Source of the DNA: Mobula hypostoma
Lineage: Eukaryota
Assembly: GCF_963921235.1 (NCBI RefSeq)
Contig: NC_086121.1
Coordinates: 10,850,001-10,914,000 of the forward strand
Length of the DNA stretch: 64,000 nucleotides
Direction: 5' to 3'
In this document: one piece after another, positions 12,234-25,000 of the stretch
Layout of the letters: each line of letters begins with the position of its first letter
Numbering within the stretch: position 1 is the first letter of the stretch
Position numbers and translations under genes: made by a program
Notes under the pieces: generated by a model
Told to the model about the DNA's origin: nothing
What the model saw: only the letters and a program-made list of their open reading frames with translations
Database searches by the model: none

Positions 12234-14364
12234 GTAAGTTTAATTATAGTACACCAATAAGCATAGGCCTGTTTTAGTTGGGAATGTGAAGGATGTGATA
12301 CAGTGATGTACAGAAGAGCATCTCTGAATGCACAACACCTCAGACCTTGAACTGAATTGGGTACAGCTGCAGACCACACTGAGTTCCACTCCTGTAACTA
12401 ATAAAGTGACAGCTGAGTGAGTTTATGTTCTCAGTATCTACAGAAAAAAACCAGGTTGTCCCCATACTGGATCCTGGGTCTACTACAAGGAGAAATGGAG
12501 CGCAGAACAATATGACTTGACTTCAATGAGATGTACAGAATTTGACTTTTTGCAGCTGCAGACTACATTACAAACACAAATTACCTAAACGTAAATTATA
12601 CATACAGCACATTACATAAAAGTCATATATTGTAACAATGTTCGTGCAAATACAGTCTGAGGTAGGATTCATTTTTTTCAGGTCAGTTCTCGATATTTAC
12701 TGTTTATTTGTTTTTTATTATGATTTATTTTAGTATTTGCATAGTTTGTTGTCTTTTGCTCACCGGTTGAATGCCTATTTGACGTGGTCTTTCATTGATT
12801 CTATTATAGTTATTCTATTATGGATTTATTGAGTGTGCCCGCAAGAAAATGAATCTTAGGGATAAATCTGGTGACCTGTATGTACTTGGGTAATAAACTT
12901 ACTTTGAACTTTGAGTTCAAGAAACTGACGGCAGTGGAGAAGTAGATGATGTTGAACCTTACAGTGTGGGTCTTCAGGGTCCTGTATCTCCTGCGTATTG
13001 GTAGCCTCTTGTAGGTGTCCTTGTCCGATGTTACTAAAGCTTTAGCGTCTGGTGGATGTAAGTGATTGTGTGATCCCTACAGCAGCAAGTCTTCGTGATG
13101 CAGAGTTATGACACAAAATGACGACAATACCTTTACCTCCGTGGATTCTGCTTGTTCCACTGAACTCCTCCAGCAGTTTGGGTTTTTTTGCTGACATTCC
13201 AGGATCTGCAGCCTCTTGTGCCTGAGCTTTATAATCAGATTTCAGACAATTATAACAAAAATATTTTAAAAATTGTTCCTTGTTCTCTTTTGATTATGCA
13301 GCATGGGGTATCTGTAGTCAAAGGAGACACTGTACACATTTTCAAAGTCAAAATAAATATTATCAGAGTACATCTATGTCACCACATGCAGCCCTGAGAT
13401 TAATTCTTCTGTGGGCATTCTTTGCAAATCTATAGCTATAACAGGGTCAATGAAAGAACAAGTAGAGTGCAGTGGACAACAAACTGCAAACGTAAATATA
13501 AATAAATACCAGTGAATAACAAGAACATGAAATAACAAGATAAAGACTACTTAAAGTGATATCATTGGATGTGGGAACATTTCAATCAATGGCCAAGTAG
13601 GTGTAGTTATCCCCTTTTGTTCAAGAGCCTGTAAGTTGAGGGGTAGTAACTGTTCTTGAACCTGGTGGTGCGAGTACCTTCTCCCTAATGGCAGCAGTGA
13701 GAAGAGAGGTAGTGAGGATCTCTGATGATGGAGGCTGTTTTCTGACAACAGCATTTCATGTAGATGTGCTCAGTGGTTGTGAGGGCTTCACCTCTGATGA
13801 AACCTTTCAAAGATTATTTTTAAAAAGTTTATTAGACTTGTGTAAAGACTGAGAATCACAGTTCAACCAACGAGAAGATTCACTGCTTGCATAAAAACAT
13901 AGCTGTTTTTTATACTCTTCAAGATCTCTTCAAAAATATATCATAACAATTTAGCCCAGTACTTTCCGGACAAACATGTATTTCACCGTTATCTACTTTC
14001 AAGGCTGTAGACTGGTATGCACACTCAGTTCTGGACTGGTTCATTTGTACTTTCTCAAAAAATTCTCACACCCAAAGACACAATTTTGTCTTACAAACTT
14101 CCATTTTGTGTTACACATTTTAGCACATAGTAAGGAGAAATCAAATTTAATTCTTAGAACAACTAAATTATCTTTGCACTGTATTATGTAACTTCATTTT
14201 TAGGTGTCTGGGCCATTCTGGAACAATTTTAGATGGAATTCTTGTACATTGACCTATTGACAAAATTACACCTAATCCTTTTTCCTTACTGCATGTTTAA
14301 AAACTGAGGCGGTATTATTTTACTCACCGATTAACTGAAACACACTTTTGCATTGGGTTTACAG

Positions 14365-14449
14365 GTTGAGCTGTAAGAAACTGTCAAGCCCTACAAAATG
14401 GCAAAGAATCCGCTGAGGTGGGGGTCTTTGTGAGTAGGAGACAGTAAAT
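14365..14449 (+). other. Weak candidate 5'UTR exon
   Basis: Acceptor gtttacag|; donors GTGAGT (14430) or GTAAGT (14450). Confidence 0.25.
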
Positions 14450-14589
14450 GTAAGTTTTGTTGTTTAACTCGCCTCATAACCTATTATTTATTAGACCTGG
14501 AACCAAAAGTGGCAAAATGTCTCCTTCCATTTCATATTTGGTATAAATGGACTTCCAATAATTAGACACAGGAATGAGAAAATGAAGGA

Positions 14590-14890
14590 CGTGCTGGAAA
14601 TCCAAAGCACCACACACAAAATGCAGGAGGAACTTAGTAGGTCAGGCAGCATCTATGGATAAGAATAAACAGTTGATGTATTGGACTGAGACTCTTCTGC
14701 AGGTCTGAGAGGGAAGATGGGGGGGGGGGGAGATGCCTGAATTAAAAGGTGGGGGGAGGGGAAAGAGGCAAGCTGGAAGGTGATAGGTGAAGCCAGGTGG
14801 TTGGAGAAAGGTCAAGGGCTGGAGAAGAAAGAAACTTGAGAGGAGAGGAGAGTGAATGGCAGAAGAAAGAATGGGGGGGAGGGAGACTGA
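14590..14890 (-). mobile_element. Penelope pseudo-LTR fragment
   Basis: Same purine-rich region and terminal sequence as the 57.3 and 62.3 kb copies. Further remnants at ~13135-13220, ~38040-38185 and ~42715-42830. Confidence 0.7.
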
Positions 14891-15254
14891 GAGGTATTTC
14901 AGAAGGATTGCTTGACTGAGAACCATTTAGTAAATCCCCAGAGTTGTGTAATTGTGTTTTGCAGATACTAAAGGATGTGTTCTGTTCCAATGAAGAATGA
15001 GAACTGGAAACTACTGCCTGTCGCCCTAAATGTCTCACTGTTAACAGCATTGCTCATCACTGGATGGATGATCATTGTTGATAGTGATCATGCAGTGGTT
15101 TTCTCAGGTCTGCAGTTTATGCCATTTCAACATCGTTTTCTAGACTTGCACATTGATTTATATATTCAGTACACATGATGTGTTATTGATTGGTCATACA
15201 AGACCAATACTAGACTGGTCTAGTATTAGCTGCTAGACTGGGACTACTGCAGGT

Positions 15255-17450
15255 AGAGAGGGAACCAACAAGACGGAAAAACACACCTGACCTGATTCTC
15301 ACCAACCTGCCTGCCGTGGAAGCATCTGTCCATGACAGCATTGGTAGAAGTGATCACTGCACAGTATTTGTGGGGACTAAATCCCATCTCCACATTGAAG
15401 ATACCTCCATCGTGTTGTGTGGCACTGTGCTAAATGGGATAGACTTCAAACAGATCTAGCAGCCCAAGACTGGGCATTGATGGGACGCTGTGAGCCATCA
15501 GCAGCAGCAGAATTGTACTCAACTATAGTCTGTAACCTCATGAGCTGGCATACAATACAGGACTACTTGCATGTGGAACACCATGAGCCAAAGTAATAGA
15601 CAGAGCTAAGTGGTCCCACAACCAATGGAACAGATCTAAGCTCTGTAATCCTGCCACATCCAGCCATGAATGGTGGTGGACAATCAAACTACTCACTGGA
15701 GGAGGAGGCTCCACAAATGTCCCCACCCTCAATGATAGAGGAGCTCAGCACACCTGTGCAAAAGATAAGGCTGAGGCATTTGTGACACTCTTCACTCAGA
15801 AGTGCCAAGTCGATGATCCAGCTTGTCCTCGTCCAGCAGTCCCCAGCATTCCAGATGTCAGTATGCAGCCAGTCCGGTTCACTCCACGTGATACCAAGAA
15901 ATGGCTGAAAGCACTGGATACTATGAAGGCTATGGGCCCAGACAAAATCCCAGCAATAGTCCTGAAGACTTGTGCTTCAGAACTTGCCATGCTACTAGCC
16001 AAACTGTTCTCGTACAGCTACAGCACCGGCATCTACTCGGCAATGTGGAAAATTGCCCAGGTGTGACCTGTGCAGAAGAAACAGGACAAGTCCAACCCAG
16101 CCAATTACTGCCCTATCAGCCTACTCTCAATCACCAGCAAAGTAGTGGAAGGGGTCATCAACAGTGCTGTTGTGCAGCACCTACGCGGCAATAACCTGCT
16201 TACGGATGCCCTGTTCGGGTTCCGTCAAGGCCATTCCGCTCCTGGCCTCATCACCTCATTGGTCCAAACATGGACCAGAGGTGAGGTGAGAGTGATAGCC
16301 CTCGACATCAAGACAGCATTTGACTGAGTATGGCATCAAGTTGTCCTAGCTAAAATGGAGTTAATGGGAATTAGGGGGAAAACCCTCTGCTGATTGGAAT
16401 CATTGACACAAAGGACGGTGGCTGTGGTGGATGGAGGTCAATCTCATCCTCAGGACATCACTGCAAGAGTTCCTCAGGGAAGTGTCCTAGAACCAACCAT
16501 CTTCATCTGCTTCATCAATGACCTTCCTTCTGTCACAAGGTTAGAAGTGGGGATGTTTGCAGATGACTGCACAATGTTCTGCACCATTCGTGACTCCTCA
16601 GATAGTGAAGCAGTTCATACCCAAATGCAGCAGGACCTGGACAATATCCAGGCTTGTGCTGACAAGTGGCAAGTAACATTCGAGCCATGCAAGTGCCAGG
16701 CAATGACCATCTCCAACAAGAGAGGCTCTAACGATCGTCCCTTGACATTCAGTGACATCACCATCACTGAATCCCCTACTATCAACATCTTGGGGGTTAC
16801 CATTGACAGGAAACTGAACTAGTCTAGCCATATAAATACTATGGCTACCAGAGCAAGTCAAAGGCTAAGAATCCTGAAACCCACCTCCTGACTCCCCAGA
16901 TCTTGTCCACCATCTACAAGGTTCAGGTCAGGAGTGTAATGCAATACTCGACACTCACCTGGATGACTGTAGCTCCATCAACACTCAAGAAGCTCGACAC
17001 CATCAAGTACAAGGCAGCCCACTTGATTGGTACCCCTTCCACAAGCACCCAATCCCTCCACCATCGACGAATAGTCGCAGTAGTGTGTACTATCTACAAG
17101 ATGCACTGCAACAACACACCAAAGTTCCTAAGGCAGCTCCTTCCAGACCCACGACCACTATCATCTGAAAGGATGAGAACAGCAGATATCTGGGAACACC
17201 GCCACTTGGAAATCCCCCTCCAGGTCACTCACCATCCTGATTTGGAAACATATCACCACTCCTTCACTGTTGCTGGGTCAAGATCATGGAATTCCCTCCC
17301 TGACAGCACTATGGGTGTACCTACACCTTAGACTGCAGCGGTTCAAGAAGGCAGCTCATCATCACCTTCTCAAGGGCAACTGAGGATGGGCAATAAATGC
17401 TGGCTTAGCTGATGATGCCACATCCCGTAAATGAATAAATATTTTAAAAA
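15255..17450 (+). mobile_element. CR1-group LINE ORF2 (APE end + RT), 5'-truncated
   Basis: KAMGPDKIP, NYCPISLLS, FGFRQGHS, ALDIKTAFD, VPQGSVL.P, FADDC motifs across stops; A-rich 3' end at ~17435. Confidence 0.9.
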
Positions 17451-18282
17451 AAGAATCTTATCAATAGGAAAATAGAATAAGCATTTCAAATCAGCGTGCT
17501 TGTGTCAGAACTAGAACAGTTTCTAATATATATCTAAGAGATTTGCACATTACTGTATTTGCAATTTTGTAAACTTGGCAGGAGCAAAGGATGTAGAGAA
17601 TGGTGATGGAATGTCGCGGGAGGGGTGCAGGATAGGTGGCAGAGAAGGTGTGCCAACTGTGGAGGTGGCATGGGTGCAGATGCACCCAGCCCTCAGATTC
17701 CAGGCAAGGTTATTTGATTCCAAACAATTGGTTTATTGATCATTACAGAATATCTCTCTGGTGCTTTCCACTTTCTCCGCATCTCAATCCACAAGAGAGA
17801 CTCATATCAGAATCAGGTTTATCATCACTCATATATGTCAGGAAATTTGTTTTTTTTTTGCAGCAGCAGTGCAGTACTGTGCAAAAGTTTTAAGCTCCCT
17901 AACTATATATATTGTACCTAAGACTTTTGCACAGAACTGTATCAAGATGGTTTTAGATTCACATGAAATATAGCTGATTAATAAGAGTTAAAACTGATAT
18001 CGGTACACAGTAACAGACAATGAATAAATACATACCTCTGCATATAAATACAAAGAACTGTAGGTCATGTGTTGTGAGGAACCTAATATGGCAGGTTTAC
18101 TGAGAAATGGCTTCAGGAAAATCAGGACTCTGAATGTAATATTGGGTGTTAACTACTTAGGGAAGATTGAAATGGTTAAACATGTAGGCAGTTTCCATAG
18201 ACACTAGAAATACAGTCAGGGAAATTGCTGTAATCAGTAATAATTAAGAAATAAGCCATTTGGATGAAGACATCGTCTACAG

Positions 18283-18361
18283 CAGGGGGTCCCAGCCCTT
18301 TTTGTGCAATGGCCCCCTACCATTAACCAAAGGGTCATGGACCTCAAGTTGGGAACCACTG
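18283..18361. mobile_element. ~80-bp hAT (Charlie-type) MITE
   Basis: CAGGGGGTCCCA...TGGGAACCACTG, TSD GTCTACAG/GTCTAGAG; same family as 5326-5407. Confidence 0.8.
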
Positions 18362-18989
18362 GTCTAGAGATACCTATTATTGTATCCGGAGAATAGAAAA
18401 AAATGTGCATCAAAATAGGCAAATGAGTTTTAAAGAAAGCCTGTATTTCAATTACACTGAAGGTAATTAAGCAAATTAGCGAAATAAGATGCATGATGGA
18501 ATGAGGCTCTTGTATTGTGGACATGACCCAGGATGAATTTCTAATCCTCTAGATTCCTGCATTTGGAGAAATATCAGAAAATTTTACACATCATAATTGC
18601 AAAGCATGCAGTTGAATGTATGGAAAAGTTTATAAACCTTGATGGTAGAATGGTGTTGTGAATGTGGTATGAAAGAATTAGAATTGTTTCTGGAGCTAAA
18701 GTTAAATTAGGCAGTTTTGCTTTGTTAAGAGTTGTTAGACCTATATTGTGTGGATCTTGATGTTGAAATATGTCATTACTTTGTAAGTAAAAGGTACTAA
18801 CAACAAATGTTATTTGGATTAACTGCTGGTGCAAGCTGTACCCAAGCATCAAGATTGTGTAAGAATTCAGCTTTGCCAAGAAACAGAAAATACACATAAA
18901 GTCAAGTCTACTTGTTAAATATCAGAACGACACAATTCACTGGACTGGCAAGCACTTCCTATTTTTGTTTTTTGTTCACCTTTCTGCAG

Positions 18990-19074
18990 GAAATCTCAGG
19001 GGTCATATCGGGAGCAGGAGGTGGCACGGATTGGAATCCATTGATAGGTCGATGGCGCTCAGTAAAAGAAATGG
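18990..19074 (+). CDS. Candidate start-codon exon of the TNFRSF gene (5'UTR + ATG G)
   Basis: Long polypyrimidine acceptor (tttttgttttttgttcacctttctgcag|) and donor |GTAAGC at 19075. It ends GAA ATG G, a good Kozak context, in phase 1, matching the next micro-exon. Confidence 0.55.
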
Positions 19075-22000
19075 GTAAGCAGTGAAGTGGATCTAGAACT
19101 AGTGCTACTCTAATTGGGTGATACTATTAGACTGAAATGGCCCGTCTGTTATTTTGATCCTGAGAGCCTTTGTAGTTCTAAACCAGAGCAAGCATCCTCC
19201 TTGTATCTACTCTTGAGCCTCCCAAGCACTTTGTACTTTACAGAGGTCATCCCTCATTTCCCTGAGCTGGAGAGAATAGATGCCCTCCTAACTCTAGCAA
19301 GTACAGTTATCCCTGTTTGATTCACTGAAATGCCACAGATTATTTAGAACATCTCTCCTTAATTAACAAACTTTTCTTGCTATAACAAAATGGAGACTAA
19401 TCACCATGAATAATACATTTTGTTGTTCCATAAGACTATTAACATAGGAGCAGAATGAGGCTATTTGGCCCATTGTTTCTGCTCTGCCACTTTATCGGCT
19501 GATCTATTATCTCTACTGGCTTCTCCCCATCTTTGACGCTCTTACTAATCATGAACCTATCAACCTCCACTTTAAATCTACCCTATGATTTGGCCTCCAC
19601 TGCTGTCTGTGGAAAAGAACTCCACAGATTCACCACCCTCTGGCTAAAGAAATTCCTTCTCATCCTTGTTCTGAAGGGACATTCTTCTGTGCCGTGTGGT
19701 CCTAGATTTCCCCATTATAAGTAACATCCTCTCCACGTCCACTCTATTTCGGCCTTTCAGTATTCGATAGATTACAATGAGATCCCCCTTTATTCTTCTA
19801 AGCTAGAGCCCAGAGCCATTAAATGCTCCTCGTATATTCTCCCTTTCATTCCTGGGATCATTCTCGTGAACCTCCTCTGGACCCTCTCCTTTTCTTAGGA
19901 AAAGGGCCCAGAATGCTCACAGTACTCCCAAGTGCAGTGTGACCATTCTTGCCTTTTTGTCTCTTGTCAATATCATTCCTGCCATGATGCTCCACTTGTT
20001 CTTAACAATGTATTGTGTGTATTCTTGGTTTCAAATTACCCCCAGCAGCTCTAATGATTGCACTTCCTCTCAGGAAAAATGGCAAGCTACAGTATAAGCG
20101 GTAACACAACACTGGGTGCAGTATAAAAGTGAAGAACATGTGTTGATTGTCTGACGATGACCAAGACCTGTGCGGGAGGAGTCTTGTTGGACTGGACCAG
20201 TTCCACTCTCTCACCCTTACAAATCTTGATCCATTGGTATGAAAAACTGTCATGACTGGAGACTTCCTTGGCTGTAGTGGATAGCCATGTTACCTTCTGT
20301 GTCTTGTCATGCCTTTCGCTCTCCATGAAGCATGCAGCATTGCCTTCTTGGCCGTTAGATCTTGTAGTTGATCTCATCTGCACAGTCTGCTGGAACTGGC
20401 TTCTCATGCTGGGGCAGGCAAATCCCTGTCTCACTGGGGTTGGATGTTCCCGGCTACCCTCACCTGGTTTAACTCTCCTTTTGAAGCGGTGTGGCTGCTG
20501 TCGATTGCAAACAGTTACTTGGAGCCACAGGTGAGAGCTGGGTGACAGGTGGGGACCAAAGGTGGATGAGCTGCCCCTGAGTGGACGACAAGCCTGCCAC
20601 CAGAGGTGCTGCCCCTCCCTGGACACCCCGTACACCATACAGAGAATTAGCTTCGAGACATTGGAGCATACAGTGAAGTGTGTTGACAGCAGCAAATGAA
20701 ATCAGCGAGGATTGTGTTAGGTTGACTGCAAGTGCCACCACGCTTCCAGCACCAATATAGTATGTCTACAACTCACCAGCTCTAACCATACATCTTTGGA
20801 ATATGGGAGGAAACCAAAGCACTCGAAGGAAACCCAATCACAGGGCGTGCGTGCAACTCCTTACAGGCAGAAATGGGAATCGTATCCCAATCTTACAGTT
20901 GGTGTTGTAAAGTGTTGTGCAAACCACTACTCAACCATGCCTGTACATTATATATATTTATAGGGCAGCAATGAAGGTTCTCCATCTCTGGCAGTGTTCA
21001 GGGCTTCCTTCATCATGTTAGTAGCTTCCTCTTGAATCTTCGAGGAGACATTGTCAAATTGGTAAACAAAGCTGTGTTTAATGAGGCAGATCAGGATGAC
21101 AAGGAAATATCAAAATCTCGTGCCAAAGAGTTTACAATAAGGATTAAGTGGCCACGCATCAATAGCTATATTTAATGTCAGAGAAATGCATACAGTATAC
21201 ATCCTGAAATTGTTTTTCTTCACAAACATCCACAAAAACAGAGGAGTGCCCCAAAGAATGAATGACAGTTAAATGTTAGAACCCTAATGCCCTCTCCAAC
21301 TCACCCCTCCCCACCCACGGACAAGCAGCAGCAAGGCAACGACCCCCTCCCACCAGCAAAAAAGCGTCGGCGCCCCCACCAAGCACTCAGCGTGCAGCAA
21401 AGCGTTAATAGAGACAGACTTCCAGTACCCCAAAGACTACTCGTTCACCCAGTATTCGACATAGCACAGTGTGTGTGTCTCCCCCTCCCTAAGAAGGGAA
21501 AAAGAGGTGTCCCCGTTTCACCTGTTGAGGGGAGACACAATAAAACAACTGGCGGATTTATGGTGTTAAAAGTCTTTACATCGCTTTTTCTGTGCTCTAT
21601 GTCTCTGGGTACACAGCCAACAGCAAGCCTGCTGCTTCTGATCTTCCTTGTTCTCCCGCGACACATCAGTCGTTGGCGGTGGCATCAGCCTTGAATCAGT
21701 CCGCCTCCAAAGCCATGAAAATCCAGCACCCTGAAGACACACTAGCCTTCCAGGCTGCATACTTGGCATATCGAAAAGTGGCTAAACATGAGGTCCTGAG
21801 AGCTGGACAGGAGGCCCGCAAAGAACTGAATTCAGCGTGTAACTCCAGGTCAGGGTCTTCAAAAGAACGTTGAAAGGGGGAAAAAAAGATATCAAAGATA
21901 GAAATAAAGCTGTTTCCGAAGATTCAAGCAAAGGAGTCGCCGTTTAGCGCCATCATCACTCAGTTCCGCCACCGTAGCAGCATTGCAACTAAAACATCAC

Positions 22001-25000
22001 TGTGAGAAGTCGTTTTACAGAGGCAATCTTCAACAGTGAGAAAGTGATAGCCATCTTCAAAGATGAGAGTCCTAATTTGGAGAGGGGGTCTACATTGGCC
22101 ATACAATACCAAATGCTGTACATCATTGCAAGGACATTTTTGGATAAAGTAGAAAAGAGCCATCAAGTGTTCTGACATCATCATCATTAAGCTTCTTTCA
22201 TCAGTCACCCCGAAATAATCACAGGAAGAACCCTCCCCATTAGTATGGCCAACTCCATAAACCTCAGTGTTACTATCACCATAACTAGAACACCAGTAAC
22301 AGTTCTGTCTCCTATCTGCCCTGCTGTTACCTTTGCATGTAATGTGCCACTACTACTTGTGTACTTACATTAATTAGGAGCAGGAGTAGATCCTTCAGCT
22401 CCTTAAAGTTATGCCATCATCAGTTAGGTGATCATAAGCAGATTCAATTTATTACTTCAAATCTGCTTACTCCCAATAATCATTCATCCTTTTGCTTATC
22501 AAGAACCTGCCTTAAAGAAGAAGCTGTTTCCATTGGTATTTCAGGTATCAAAAGACTCTGAACCCTCCTAAAGAAAGCAATTTGCCTCCTCTTGTCTTGA
22601 GTAAGTGTTCTGAGGCACTCTGTGGCCACTTTATTAGGTACACCTGTACACCTGTTCATTAATGCAAATATTTAAACAGCCAATCGAGTGGCAGCAACTC
22701 ACTGCATAAAGGTATGCAGATATAGTTAAGAGGTTCATTTGTTGTTTAGACCAAGCATCAGAATAGGGAGATACTGTGATCTAAGTGACTTAGACTGTGG
22801 AATGATAGTTATGCTAGACAGGGTGGTTTGAGTACCTTAAAAACTGCAAATTTCCTGGGATTTTCCTGCGCATCAGTCTTTACAGAGAATGGTGCGAGAA
22901 ACAAAGGACATCCAGTGAGTGGCAGTTCTGTGGGTGAAAATGCCTTGTTAATGAGAGAGGCCAGAGAAGAATGGCCAGACTGGGTCAAGCTGACAGGAAG
23001 GTAACTAACTGAAATAACCACACACTTTACAATAGTTGTGTGCAGAGGAGCATCTCTGAACTCACAGCAGGTTGAACTTTGAAGTGGATGGGCTACAGCC
23101 GCAGAAGACCACTAATGTACGCTCACTTGCCACTTTATTAGGTAATGGAAGTACCTAATAAAGTGGACACTGAGTATATTTTTAATAATTAAATTTTAAA
23201 TTTGCTATTCAGAGATGTTTAATATATTTTTAAGTGCTCAAAGATATATATTGACTATAATTCTCGTCCTCTGAAATGCAACTTGTGTTTTTTTGTCTGG
23301 TTGGAAAAGTCTGCTTGCTTTATGCATTTTCCTTCTATAAATTACACCATCTGGTGTCGAGGTCCTCATCGACGTTGACGATGGACGAACATACATACTT
23401 CTATAAATAAAGATAAAAACCTGTGTATCCTTTCTTGGGTAAGGAGAGCAAAAGTCTAGTCTCATCAAGGCCCTGTAGAATTATAATAAGATATATTTGC
23501 TTGACTGATGCATTATCAAGTTATTTGTCTCTCCTTAAATGCAACTGAATGATCTCTATTTTCGCTTGAATTATCAGTCTGGTGAGCTGGTGAATTTAAA
23601 TTCCATGAAGAAAAGAATCTGGAATTGTTAAAAATCCCATTGTTAGCAATGCTAATGTTACCATGAAGTTACGACATGGGGAGAAACAATAATTCTTCCC
23701 TTTTCATGATGCTGATGTTCATAGGAAATGGAGTGGGAGGCAAGGATCGTAACATTTTAGCAGGCAAAGGAACAAGTTGAAAAAAAGAAATTGTAGTTTC
23801 AAAAAGAATACTGAATAAATAAAAGGGTCTAAGTTCTCGGGATAAGGGGAAAAGAACAGGGTAGTGAAATTGACTTATTTTTTCTTTAGAAAGAAAAATT
23901 GCTGAACATTCTTGGGAGGTGCAGTTATTGGAGCATCAGTGATAATGACCTTTGACTCTGTTTTTCATTTTCCACAGGGATAAACACATGGTCCAAATTC
24001 CAGCTGGAGTGGAAAAGCTCAATGTAGTAGCCCCAAATCTACAGGCTTTGCTCTTAATTGTTTCTATCGTTACCTATATCACATACCAAGAAAACAGTGA
24101 AAAATATTGCTTGTTATTTTCAGGTATGGGATTTCTTCCATATATTTCAGAAGGCCATTTGTTCGATTGGTATAATGATTTCAGTATGTGTTTGGTAAAA
24201 TAAATCTATTTGTTAATGATGCTTCATGTCCTTTTGCTTCCACTTTGCTGGTATTCAAGTAGATTAAGTCCAAATATTGTGTTTCAGCTTATAAGCTTTG
24301 TCCAATTTATTCAGATCCCAGAATTTGGTTTTGAGTCCCATTCTAATTACTTTTCCTCTCAATTGTAGCAATGTCAAAATTAATTCACAATGAGAATCAA
24401 TACTGGCCACAAAGGAACTGCATTATGGTCACCACAGTGACATTACAGGCAGTGTAAATGTCTCACATCTCCAGGGTCCCTTGTTCCATTCTGACCACAA
24501 AGGAAATGCTGTCTGTGGGAACTTTGCATGTTCTCTCTGTGATCTCCCTTCCCCCTCATTGCTCCTGTTTCCTCCCAAACCATCATGAATATTACTCCTG
24601 GTGTAAAAGGTTGGTGGAAGAAGCAGGGTGATGAAGAGAGGTTTATTTAGATGTAAGAGTATAAGTTGTCAGGAAATTAATAAATCTGTGGTGCAAAGGG
24701 TCTTGTGGGTCCTTGTGCACGATTCTCCTAAGGGATAATTAGCAGGTTGAGTTCATGCTGAAGAAAGCAAATGCAATGTTGGCATTCATTTCAGGACTAG
24801 TATATAAACTCAAGGATGTAACATTGAGGCTTTATAAAGCACTGGTGAGGCCTCACTTGGAGAATTATGAGCAGTTTTGGGGCCCTTTATCGAAGAAAGG
24901 ATGTGCTGACATTGGAGAGGGTTCAAAGGAGGTTCACAAAAATGATTCTGAATTGAAAGGCTTGTCATATGAAGAGTGTTTAGTGGCTCTGGGCCTGCAC

